A stretch of 64,000 nt of DNA from Spongospora subterranea f. sp. subterranea (taxonomy: Eukaryota), in NCBI GenBank assembly GCA_049724395.1, contig JAUGWO010000120.1:124001-188000 (forward strand), written 5' to 3'. Below are positions 52,586 to 64,000 of this stretch, in pieces (positions within the stretch are counted from its first letter, which is position 1; every line of letters starts with the position of its first letter). The position numbers were made by a program, and so were the translations under genes. A model generated the notes under the pieces. The model worked only from the letters and a program-made list of their open reading frames with translations, was not told where the DNA came from and made no database searches.

Positions 52586-54428
52586 ATGGAGATAGTTCAT
52601 CGTCTACGGAGTTGAAGTGTCCATTGACCCGTTCCCGTATCGACACCATTGGCAACTTTCACACTCTATGGATTGAAGTTTATCGGTTTCATGAACCGTG
52701 CGATAACAAGACTATGAAAGATCTGGACAAGATGGAGGCGGTTCTTCTTAGGTCAGCACCTATACGACTAGGCCATATTCGTTTGTTTTATAAAACCGCA
52801 TTACAGAGGCTGCGAATCGTGGTTCAAACGAGGGGTGAAACGAGCGCGCTTGCAAGCCGATACAGCAGCTGATAATTGTGAGGAAAGCTTACTATTGCTG
52901 ATTGTACCAGTACTGAAAAGGTTGATAGGCGTTCGCGTGATGGACAGCCATGCCACGGCCGTTGACTCTTTTTTTGAGGTCTTTCATCCGAATAGTACAG
53001 TTATCATTGATGCTCCTGAGGCCGGCGATGTTCGAGAAGCTGAACGATGCCCGCCGTCCATCCCCAGGGATATCTTCTTGATGTCAAAAACCCCAGCGTT
53101 CGCACGCGAACCTCGGCGTCGCGTCATTCAACCGGTTGCACGACATAATCGTAAATGCGGCACACATATACTGTATTATGCCCATTCATGTTTTCGTATT
53201 CATGTAGGCCTATTTTACATTCAGAATCACAATTTTCATTACCGGTGTTGATGTCATTTAGGAAAATGTTGCCCTGTATATGTCGCTTTGGCTGGCGAAA
53301 GAATTACGTCTTCCTCTTATAGTAATGACGGTTTCAACACCTGAGACTAAGCGTGGTGCCCCGGGCTCTATTCGCTCGATGATGGCGCCAGCCTTTTTAA
53401 AGGGGCGCCTAGGAGCCCAGCGCGGATTTCGCGATGCTTTACACTCTTGGGGCATTCCGTGTTTGATATGGCGATGCGATGATTCGATTCACCTCATCAA
53501 ACATTGGGAATCGTCGGCGTTTCCACCGCATATGATCCTCACAGATGAGTTTTGTGATTTCGCATCTAGAACGGAGTTCGACAAGCTTGCTGCCTGTTTC
53601 ACGTGTTGCGTCATTGCCATTAATAACGATTTAGTCTATCCGATTAGTCATTCATCCATTTCGGTTATATCATGTGATACATTTGTTGCCGATGGGGCGG
53701 CGAAAGTCAGCAGCGAAGTTGAAAGGATAATGTACGATATGGGCCCATCGCCAGTGCCCAATTCAGATGTTCAGTCGATTTTGTTTGTGTCGGGAACACG
53801 CCGTGTATATCTCGAGAAAAAAACTGTGGCTATCTTTGGCCTTCCCGATAACGAACCATCGAGTGAAGCTCATTCGTTGACTGCGGCGGAATCGTCTCTG
53901 ATTGCTGCATTGCCATCTCTAACTCGGGATATTGATATCGATTGTGAAGGCGTTCGTTCGCCATCGGACGCATTTCTAACGATGATGGCGCATTTAGAGA
54001 TGGGAACACTATCGTGTTATAGAATACTCGACCGTGTCGATCGAGGTCACCGTCCGTATTTTGGAAATATATTCCTGACCAGGCAGTTCGCCCACCATCT
54101 TTCTGGTCGAACAACAGAATTTTTATTGTCTGAATTGCAGGATGACGATATCAAACTATTAATGTCTTCTTATCATCAGTTGGTTCAAGGAGCAACGAAG
54201 GATATCGAATTCAATCGTCTACAGAGACAACTGAGATCCAAGAGGTTTCTCACACCTAAACAGCGATGTCAATGGGCGTATCGCCTGCGACGCCAGGTCG
54301 AGGACGATAAGGCTGTTGAATGGGCTGTTAAGGTCCTTGAGGATTTGTCCACTTCATTATTTCGACCGGGTCTTGAAATGCGATTATGCATGGATATGAA
54401 CGCGGGTGTCAGCGAAAATCATATGTAG
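52586..54428 (+). CDS. Divergent class II photolyase-like protein (start uncertain)
   Basis: Introns at about 52752-52806 and 53204-53260 give GTHILYYAHSCFRIH-ENVALYMSLWLAKELRLPL; later MAHLEMGTLS and GATKDIEFNRLQRQL..RCQWA parallel class II photolyase motifs. Confidence 0.65.
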
Positions 54429-54461
54429 CAGTTAAGTAATCAAATCTTGACGGGATTGTAT

Positions 54462-56418
54462 TTATTCATAAACAAATTTATATTTATGATTTTTCTTCAA
54501 AAGAGCTGCTCCAACGTTGAAGCGGTCCTGAAAGTCACGACCCCAATACTGTAAAACAGGCACTGAATCAATCCACAGATTGTCGTGGTTAGGTCGTTAT
54601 TGTGGCGGTCAAATCAGGTCCCATAAATAACCGGATATTGTACCAGTCTATAAATAGAAATGGCGGCACCCCATATATAGTCGCGATGATGAGATCTTTA
54701 TCCGCGCTGCTGAACACTCTCAGAGCACGAGAGCGTATATGACGAATGGATGTCTGAGCCAACATGTCAAACCATAATCTTCACAACTAAATCGAAGCCC
54801 TTGTAACGGTATCAGTGGGTGTTATGGACTGGCGCCATGTCTCATGTTACAGTGTACCTGTATAGTGTAGTTCGGAGATCCGTTGACACGGTGATCTCAC
54901 TCATCTAGGAAGTGCAACAGAATGTAATTGTTGTTTTGGTTTTATTGCTTTATAGATTAGATCTTTGTTGGGGGAAAAATGTTTCCGGTGAGGTTTGCGG
55001 TAGATCTTTGACCTCGAAGCAGTCCCTGAACGATTGCATATGCTGCTGACAGGCGACCCAATCTCGTTTGTTTTCCACCAAGCATTCTACCCGGAGACTT
55101 GGTTTCAATAGGGGCCGAGCGTCCCAGATCCAGATCTTACCTTGAAGCGCGGCGTAGAGATGAGAACAGCCCGTCTGCGACAGTTTGATGGCCAAATCCT
55201 CCCGGCGATCGCACATATCGTCTGTGGTCATCGCTGTGTACACTCATCCACAATCTCAAACAGTATTATGGCTATCAGGGTCGCGAGTTCGATTTCATCA
55301 CTGTTCACAGCCTTTTGGGGATCACTCACGGCTAAAACACACTCCACCGAATATCTAGTTTACTTTCTACTGTAGACAACATCATATTTTATAACAGAAT
55401 GTATCGTCTGGGATAACCTTGTTATAAACTGGTGGTGAATCAAGGAATAGTTGAGATTTGAGCTATCTCATCAGAGAGGGTTTTATAGATCCGGTTTCTA
55501 TAGCTCAGTTCAGTGTTGATCTTCCACACACTGAATGGGCGGCGTTGCTTTCGTCCAAATGTGCATTCGATCGCGTTGGCCACGTCAACATCGATATGTG
55601 CATAAACCTGTCGTAATCGCCGTTTGCGATCCCATTCTTGTGATTTGTGCCAATAATCTATCGGGTCGTGGACTGCATTATGAACGAGTTGTGATTGATC
55701 CTGAGGTTTGCTGGCTTGCCGACGCCGCTCCAGAACTTGGAGATTGCGACTCCACACTGCCAACGGGTCCTGAACTGTTTTTCCTTTCACCATCAACGCT
55801 GACTCTTTTTTCGTGTTGGCGTCGACGCCACTGTTGAATCCGCTCCCGTTTTTGGTTCAGGAACTCCTGTGAGACCCTGTATATTCGAAGCGGATCACCT
55901 ACTTTCTTTCCTGGTGATGATGTGACCAACGGTTGACGTAATGTTTGGCGATTGGCCTGATATATCCTCGACTTTCTCCAGAATGAGTCGTCACCATCTG
56001 GGAGGGGTTTGGCAGCAGGATATCTCTTGGGCAAGCCTGGCTGCAGCTTCTCAGCCTCAAACCGGATTTGCCGCTCCAGAAACCTGTTGTTGTTGTTGTT
56101 GTTTTCCTCTCGTTTTGGTAAAACTGAATTGTGCTTAGTCTGGATTACAGCTCGAAGAAGGCGTTTCCATCCTGATCCACCTCTCATTTCATGTTTTACT
56201 TTACGCCATCTCATCAGACCTTGCGTCACCTGGTTTGGCATCGGATTGGCAGAATCCACAGCAGCGGCGTTGCAATTTCCGCTTTCTACGACAACCTTGG
56301 GTATATGGTGAATTTGATTATCTGTTCGGGGTTCCACTTTTTCGCTTTCATCGATGATATTCTCCGGCGATGTCTGTTTAGGTTTTCGAAGAAACCCCTG
56401 TAATCCCCTCCATTTCAT
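54462..56418 (-). CDS. Hypothetical multi-exon protein; host of the antisense snoRNA
   Basis: Chain of minus-strand ORFs with GT-AG joins; predicted last intron 54549-54772; last exon YWGRDFQDRFNVGAALLKKNHKYKFVYE*. Confidence 0.55.
54617..54656 (+). promoter_or_regulatory. USE-like GGTCCCATAA plus TATAAATA upstream of the C/D snoRNA
   Basis: Exact 10-mer shared with both U3 genes; TATA starts 32 nt after the motif start (31 nt in U3 copy 1). Confidence 0.7.
54681..54762 (+). ncRNA. Box C/D methylation-guide snoRNA, predicted LSU rRNA target
   Basis: C ATGATGA 54686, D' CTGA 54710, internal stem CTCTC/GAGAG, C' ATGACGA 54739, D CTGA 54754; guide TTTATCCGCGCT (54697-54708) is complementary to conserved LSU AGCGCGGGUAAA. 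Confidence 0.85.
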
Positions 56419-56852
56419 ATGTCACCATATATTACAACATGTAAATATCTCCCCTAGAAACGTGGGATTATTCACATGTGGCAGACGCTTGTCTGAAATA
56501 TCTGCAGACGCTCTCCAACGGCTGCCGACTGCAGGGGAATACTGAAATTAGTGCCCGGTTGGATGCAACGCCTCAAAAAAGGTAATCAAGACATACGTCA
56601 GTTTGATTCATGAATGTGACAAACATTTGAGTTGGTCCAATATGCGAAAAATTACGAGTTACACGAATTGCCATTATTACGCTGTGAAATTGTTCCCCGT
56701 TTATATCATCACAATACCATTAACCCACCTCCTTCAAGCATATATTTCACAGCACTGATATTCGGGGATCTGTGTTTAGGTCGTTGAAGGGTACGCCACA
56801 TCGCTCCATCAGTGACCGTTTCTGTGTTCCTAATCGTGTCATCTCGTGTCAA

Positions 56853-59764
56853 ATGGTATCCTGCTGGTTGCCACTGCTGGTATGGTTCGCAGCTGTGAGA
56901 ATCGCTTCGGAGGACGTCACTATCAGTTCTGAAGATACGTCCCGCCTTATATCTTTTGAAGCCACGTCTATCAATACCAACACCGCCCCGGAATTTGACG
57001 CCGAACCATATCCATCGCCATTGTTTGCTGGACGATCTATTGCTGAGCGTTTGGTTAGCAAGATCGCCGTCACGTTCATCGTACAAGTATCATCATCAAG
57101 TTTCGCTGATATATCAAAGCTTTCAGCAGAATATAACGTTGAACTGGTGCGATATCTCCCTCATAACGCGTTCCTGATGCTAACAACTCACAAAATCGCA
57201 ATGGCTATGCTGCGGTCATCGTCAAATGTCATCTGGATAGGCAATCTTCACCCAAAGCATAAATTATCACTCTCGCTGACAAAGTATCAACCAAAGTCGT
57301 CTGCGAGTTCGTTCTTTGGAGTTGGCCTTCTTGGCGACCCATATCCCCATTTTGTCGTTGAGTTAACTGCACCTTCGAACGAAGCAATTGCTCGGATTCG
57401 TCGTCTGTCACAATCTGTGATTGTGGTGCGCCCCGATCGATTATTTGTCGTATCCACAAGCGCCTCACTGATTGCGGCAGATCCAGCTGTTCATTGGGTC
57501 GAACGTCGTCTTCGCCACCAGTTTCTGAATCGATGGGCGAGAGGTGTCATGCAAAACGGCATGAACATCACTGCAGATTATAAGGGAAAAACTGGGTTAA
57601 TCGGCTGGGACGTTAATCTTGATGGCGATGGTCAAATCATAGGCCTTGGCGACAGTGGTATTGATAAGGGCAGTTGTTTTTTCCAATCGCGAACTGAAAA
57701 TAAAAAGGCACCGTCGGCCGGATCAAGATTATATCCTGTCGATCTCGACATGGAGGGTAGCGATAAAATCGCTGCTCTTATTCCGTTCGCAGATAGCACC
57801 GATGCTAACGGACATGGAACACATCTTGCTGGTATTCTCGCTGGGGATCCACAATTACCAAAGGGTGCTCGTGGTACCTTGGAGACATTCGCCGGGATGG
57901 CCCCCAAATCCCGTCTTGTAGTGTTCGATGTTGGCGATGCCAATGGTGTCGTCCAGCTGCCGGATGATCTCGATGCCGGCTATCTGGGTCCTATCTATGA
58001 TGCAGGAGCCAGGATCATGACCAGCGCATGGGGAGCTCCTGTCCCTCTTTATACTCACGAGGCGGCTGATATGGACGCCTTCATGAACTCCCATCCGGAT
58101 GTCCTTGTATGTACCATATACAATAGGCCTCATATCGCCATCTCTATATCTGTTTTATAATGCATTCATCTCGACAAACCACTCGTTTCTTCAGAATGTC
58201 CCATTCAGTTATTTAGAATCGGAACAGGCGCTGTTTATCAGTAATGATCCTCTAGTTTAAGTTAATCCCGACTATGTTTGTGTTGTTTCTAGACATTTCA
58301 TGAATTTGATTATACAGTCAATTGAAAGTTGTCTAAACCACAATGAACGTTATCAGATCTTAAGCAGATTACCGTGTTCAACCCCTGTTTTCATTTATCA
58401 GATAGTGACGGCAGCTGGAAATGGAGGGTCGTGTAATGAGGAGTTGACAATCGTGTCGCCAGCAACGGCCAAGAGCGTTATAACTGTCGGGGCGACAATG
58501 AGCGTCAGAATGGGTTATCGCAAGACCGAATTACTACCGCCTGGGTTTGGATCGTTCGAACGATCCCAATCTCAATGAATCCAATCTGGCTGCTTTTTCG
58601 TCGAAAGGTCCAACTTTAGACGGACGAACTAAACCGGACGTAGTAGCGCCAGGATACTTCATCTATAGCGCCGCCACCGGGCAAGGTCGTTCCAGGAGTT
58701 GATGACAATACCCGAATTTAACGATCCGACTTAGGTTCCAATAGATGCGATGGCGAACTAGGGTCAATCGTGACACCGAATGCGGGAACGTCCATGGCAG
58801 CTGCTGTTCAAGCAGGGGTCACCGCTTTACTTAGACAATATCTTATGGACGGATTCTATCCTGGAGGAAGAAGAAACCCTCGTCAAGGGTTTATTCCGTC
58901 TGGATCGTTAATGAAGGCGCTGATCATCAACGGGGCGGTCATTTTGAACGGATCGCGACTTGTTTCCGACAGAGGTATTCAAGACCCTGAACATTGCCCC
59001 GACGCTGTATTTGCGCCATTGCTAGGACCAGCGTTTCCGTCGTCAGCACCAAGTATCGATCAAGGTTGGGGTCGGTTTCAACTCGACCAAATCATCAAAA
59101 AAGATGATGATGATTTTTTACATATTATTGGAAGGAATAACAAGAGTCAATCGACAATGGGAGATCCAGAATTAGGACATGGCCATGAGCACAGGTTCGA
59201 AATATGATATAGTTTATCACGATGATACGGTTTAATGTTGATTTGGCGAACAGGTACCGGTTCTGCGTATTGGAAGCTCACACAGATATCAGGGCTACAT
59301 TAGCATATACAGATATGGCAGCTACCCTTGGTGCCGGGCTTCAACTAGTCAACGATCTCGATCTTTCTGTGGAAAGCGAAGGGACCGTACAGTTTGGCAA
59401 CGACGCCGAACAAGGTGACCACCGTAATCCAGTCGAACGTGTCTCCAGGACGACGACACGTCCATTAGTTGACCTGACTGTGGCAGTCAATGGTAGACGT
59501 GTAACAGTTGGACCAACCCAGTCGTACAGTTTGGTATTAATGGGTCGTGCAATACGTCACGGGCCATGTCGACCCCATCATGAACTCAACCTGGTCACGT
59601 TCCAGATGTTGCAGGAGAATGGCGAGTACCCTGCGACGGCGGTTAGATTTCTGAATACCGCCAAAGGCCTGCGTTCTCGTCCGGGATCATCTTCTGCATC
59701 TAGGTTCAGTCCAACGTTCATTGTCTTGATCGTAGTCATAGCCACCGTGCTAATGTGTCCATAA
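56853..59764 (+). CDS. Subtilisin-like S8 peptidase (KP-43/TagC-like) with signal peptide and C-terminal TM
   Basis: Triad motifs GDSG, HGTH and [50 protein letters not shown]; apparent +1 frameshift within 58510-58575. Confidence 0.92.
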
Positions 59765-59812
59765 ACTTAATCTAAACAATTGGGCAACGATCGTCTTGGG
59801 TACTTCCTAACA

Positions 59813-62553
59813 ATGTCGAAGGAAGAAGGGAAGGCTGCAGATGACCGAATACATGTTGCTGTTAGAATACGCCCGTCCCGTAAACGTCGTAGTACCTCAA
59901 CGGTCTTTGTCAACTCTCCCAATACAATCAAAATACGAGTCCCGGCTCCAACCGCGAAAGTTTATTTTTACAATGAGTTACCGCCGGGAGCGTGTTCCAC
60001 CACCAAACAGTTCAATTTCGATGCTTGTTTTGATCAGAAAGCGACGCAAGAGCAAATTTTTGAGAAAATTGGCTCAGGTAGGACGGGTCCCGCCAATATT
60101 CGGAAGAAAATGCTGAACACGGCGGACAGACGTTGTGGATTATGCACTGAAAGGATATAACGCAGCTGTCTTGGCGTATGGAACCACCAATTCCGGAAAG
60201 ACTCACACATATGTATGGGAAGCGACATTAATCCTGGTCTGGTTCCCCGTATTGCAGGTATGAAAACAAGGAATCGTTCAATTGTGACCTCATCGTTTGT
60301 CCGGGTCGATAGCAAGTTTAGCATCACACCTACTAGCAACACGGCGCCACGATCCGAATATGCGAACTTCTATCGCTCTGCAAATGGTTGAGATCTATGA
60401 CGAAATCCCATATGATCTCCTGTCATGTGATCACGTTCGCCTCAAATTTCGCGAACATCCAACACGTGGCCCCTTCTGCCAAGGTTAGGTTAACGTACCG
60501 TCAAACACAACGTTAGGAATTAAAGCTTTTGCGTATAGGATGCAGTATGGTTTCAGCCGATGATATTGAAGAAATGATCAGCCAGATAGAATCCGGCCAG
60601 CGGCGCAGGACGGTACGGCAAACGCAGCGTTGGTCGCTGGAAAAAATATCAGACGCTGACATGTTTAGCTAGTCGGCGACAACGAGCCACAATTGTTCAT
60701 CATCAAGATCGCATGCTATTGTGATGATGACAATCACACAACATAATATAGCTAATGGCGTCGAATTAGTATCGCAGTTGCATCTGGTTGATTTAGCAGG
60801 ATCGGAACGTGCCAGCTCTCACCGCTCAGGTATGTACTCATCACATTCTCTACAATTGCTGTTTATGGATGGGATTAGGGACAGGTGACGGTATTTACGT
60901 AAAAGAATCGTCGACAATTAACCGTTCGTTGACGGTTCTTGGTTGCGTGATTGATGATCTGGTCGAACATGGAGTCTCACATGCATATCGTCAGTCGAAG
61001 CTGACCTTTTTATTAAGACCAGCCCTAGATCGTCAGGCTAAACTATGGTTATTAGCGACAGTATCGCCAAAGTAGATATTCCTATTTGTGATGGGAACTC
61101 AATATTCAATATTTGAATTTAGCGAGCGCAACGTCCGAGATACAGTCAGAACTCTGGAATACGCTCAACGGGCAATGAAAGTTTCGGTAATCGCAACGGT
61201 GAACGAAACACGTAAGGTAGCGGAATTAGAGAAGTGGCGAAATGACATCAAGACCGAAACCGAGCGTGTATTGTCTGGAGCGCGTCATGTAGTATCACGT
61301 ACGTTAGAGGAAGAAGATTGGGATCGAATACGAAAAATCGTTAAACTCGACAGTCATCAGATAAGCGATAACGTGGCGATCGTATCTCAAAAGGTGCATT
61401 AGCTCTGAGGTAGTTACGTTTTCGATATTGCTCTAACGTCGCCCCATATTATAGGTTAAAGCCCTACTTCAACATCGGGAGCAGGTCCAGACAGAGAATC
61501 GTCGGCTGCTTGGACTGCTTAGTCAATATTGCCCGGAGAATGCATCTGCTGGCGATTCAATTCTCCCACCGCGATCGGGTAAGGGACCGTTGATCCCTCA
61601 CATATTCGGTAACTCCAAAATGTCAATTGACGATCGTGACGTCCATTGACATCGATACAGAATTTGCCACTCGTCACGGGCTCTTGAATAGATCTCTGTT
61701 GATTGACCAGATTGTCAACCAGGGAAACCCTTCCGACAGTGACTCCGACAACATTCGCAGACACATACGTTGGGCAGCTGATCACCTACAGCTGGCAGCC
61801 GAGCATCAAATGGCACTGGCACCGTGTGAATTACAGGTCATCCGGCAGGTAACGCTGCGCTTTGGCCACAACTCAAACGTAGTTGGGTGGCGTTGACATA
61901 GCGTCCGGGCGGTCCTTAGGTGATCGACAGAGCCTGCCCAACCATCGGAGAATACGGAGTCGTAGCAATTCTGGATACATCTTCTGAGCATGATTATCTG
62001 GTTCGTGCATCCCGTTTGAATTATCCAGATGCGGCGCCTCGACTTCTGTTTTGGGATTCTAATCATCTACCCGTGGATAACTTCCGGAATGGGTTTCCCA
62101 ATACGGTAAGTTTTCAATTGAAATAGGGTTTACATTCCTCTGCCCTCGACTATAAGAACTGTGTTGTATGGCTCCTTCCTAACAGTTATGATAATGGCTA
62201 TCAGGGAGGGGGTATTCGATTTGTTAAACGTCCTCAGTCCGACCAATCACCCATGGTATTATGTGAAGTACTGAGCGGGAATGTACGATCGTCTATCAAA
62301 ACAATGTCAAAGAGCAACAATGAAGAATTTGATACAGTTATTTTCCAGGTAGGAAGACTTTCGGCATAAGGTTGGTCATTATCGCTATCAGCAACATCTA
62401 ATAGGGATCGGATATGACGACCAATGGTCTTTATTGGTATCGCACCCATTCCAAGCAATTCCTCGATATCGGATCATGACCCATGCGACTCCACCCTCGT
62501 CGAGTATAACCAGAAGAAGACGGACTCCAATGGAGTGCTGTATGATACAGTAG
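59813..62553 (+). CDS. Kinesin motor with coiled coil and C-terminal PARP-like domain
   Basis: IHVAVRIRP, FNFD, AYGTTNSGKTH, VEIYDE, SSRSHA, LVDLAGSER, INRSL, YRQSKLT, TLEYAQRA; in-phase splicing continues to a PARP-like region ending at TAG 62553; frameshift at about 60201-60222. Confidence 0.85.
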
Positions 62554-62927
62554 ACAGACTAGCAGTTCAATATATTATTCATTTGTTTACAGAGCATGAA
62601 GATATATAATCGAAACACCAAATTTGAATCGTTCAAATTCAGGACTCCAGCTAAATTCTTGTAGAGGAATAAGAAGGTACAGAATTAGAATGGGACCTAA
62701 TCTCTGCCGCTTGTTTGGGTGTTCAAGCGTCAGATTTGCTCATAGAGGAGTGTTGGATTTGTCAAAATCCTCAGAAACAACAGGATATAGGTTTGTTTGC
62801 CATGTACTACCTACGATTTAGTTCCTTCATCACCCTGGTTGATTTGGCTGTATTGAAATCAAAAAAGTACTTGAGTCCGCCAGGTCTATTGCTCACTGTT
62901 GCAATTAATATATGAGATTAGTCTCAG

Positions 62928-62968
62928 GGTCCCATAATCACATGATGTTCTTCAGTTGGTATATCTAA
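62928..62968 (+). promoter_or_regulatory. USE-like motif plus TATA-like box of U3 copy 2
   Basis: GGTCCCATAA at 62928-62937 and TATATCTAA at 62960-62968. Confidence 0.65.
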
Positions 62969-62994
62969 GGACTGACAATTGGTTGTTGATGATC

Positions 62995-63219
62995 AAGATC
63001 ATACTTGTACAGGATCACTTCTATAGTGATTTCACCTGTCTAGTCATTCCCAAAAATGACAGATCTACCCAACCTGGACGATGATCAATAGGTGCTCTCG
63101 CTTAGCGTGAGGCTGGGCTCTGTTCCATATCATATCATGATAGGAATGGGCGCCCACGATGACCGTATTACTTGCCATCATTCCGGCTTGTGATTGCGGG
63201 AGCACCATTCTGACAGGTT
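62995..63219 (+). ncRNA. U3: U3 snoRNA, copy 2
   Basis: Identical by eye to 10702-10926 with all U3 boxes. Confidence 0.93.
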
Positions 63220-63435
63220 CATCATATCAAACCCAATAACTAATCAAAACGAAACGGATGGATATCAGTGATAATTTCCCTTTGATGTTGAGATTGATAA
63301 ATAGGGGTATTGTTTTCATTAATCTCGTTATTCCCCGATTGGCCAACGTATGATTCCCTCCCTAATGCCGCTGTAGCAGTTATGGGCCGACCCTCCCTTG
63401 TGTCCCTTCCTTAATCGTCCCATTGTATCTCCGTG

Positions 63436-64000
63436 ATGAGTTCTGATCAACAAGATGAACCCGGGCCCGGCCCATTATCCGGTCTAGGACGGTTCACCTC
63501 TGGGTTTGGATGGAACCAAGCCACCAATTTCGTAAAGGCATTGGCGACAGATGTCGGTATGTACTGCTCGAGACTTAACCAGATGTCTATTATCGACCCT
63601 ACATTGTCAGAAATATTTGTCGACACATTATCCAATGAAAATAGCGAATTGATTGACGATGTGAAAACGACATCGCTGAATGTTGCCGCTAATATTCGTC
63701 AAACTATAGCCGATGTTCACAAAGGGAATATTTGGGATGCCATAACCCGACACGAACCTGGATTTCAAGAACAGGCAAAATCAACAGTGTCGAAAGGATT
63801 AGAAGCTGGAGCTGGTTTAGAACAGCACATTTTGCTATTACAGAATGATATATCTACTTATATCGACGTTCGAGAATACTCTTCTGATCGGATTCTGGTT
63901 GTTAACGATGGTATTAGGATCCCGTTTCTTCAGAGTGTAATCCAGATGTGGAAGAACGATTCAGGTGTTTTCGTAAATCGTTTCAGCTTGATGAACAGGT
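63436..64000 (+). CDS. Partial gene, possibly BSD-domain protein
   Basis: ATG at 63436, open to the window end; FGWNQATNFVKA and LLQNDISTYI resemble the N-terminal half of BSD proteins. Confidence 0.45.
   Translation, partial: MSSDQQDEPGPGPLSGLGRFTSGFGWNQATNFVKALATDVGMYCSRLNQMSIIDPTLSEIFVDTLSNENSELIDDVKTTSLNVAANIRQTIADVHKGNIWDAITRHEPGFQEQAKSTVSKGLEAGAGLEQHILLLQNDISTYIDVREYSSDRILVVNDGIRIPFLQSVIQMWKNDSGVFVNRFSLMNR

Noticed and set aside
54746..54758. TGGATGTCTGAG resembles the 3' end of U14 snoRNA
   Set aside because: Only 7 nt of 18S complementarity and no U14 domain A; the D' guide explains the RNA better.
62234..62458. Minus-strand 74-aa ORF and nearby AGGTCCCATT
   Set aside because: The ORF is a shadow of the plus-strand kinesin tail exons; the motif lacks a TATA box and a recognisable RNA.
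1..64000. Prokaryotic systems such as operons, CRISPR or defence islands
   Set aside because: Spliceosomal introns, U3 genes and eukaryote-specific proteins throughout; no repeat-spacer array seen.

Overview
Gene-dense, intron-rich eukaryotic nuclear DNA; most introns are GT-AG and about 40-60 nt, so the ORF track fragments most genes. Flagellar genes, a hevein-type chitin-binding protein and moderate GC suggest a zoosporic protist such as a plasmodiophorid (inference only). Protein genes: ENTH protein, tandem chitin-binding surface protein, DUF268-like protein, O-fucosyltransferase-like protein, BACK protein, threonine dehydratase, a BLTP2/Hobbit-like lipid-transfer protein with an embedded DysF domain, axonemal dynein p28, LRRIQ1-like protein, two-pore channel, exportin-5-like protein, a bacterial-type APH/P-loop kinase fusion with introns, a degenerate class II photolyase-like protein, an S8 peptidase, a kinesin and a partial BSD-like gene. 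RNA genes: tRNA-Asn(GTT), two apparently identical U3 snoRNA genes 52 kb apart, and a box C/D guide snoRNA lying antisense inside an intron. Decayed Penelope-like and Ty3/Gypsy elements are present. Most interesting: (1) a shared GGTCCCATAA + TATA promoter in front of both U3 genes and the intronic antisense guide snoRNA; (2) a kinesin that splices in frame into a degenerate PARP-like domain; (3) the BLTP2-DysF architecture. All family calls come from motif recognition by eye; no searches were run, and exon boundaries are manual.
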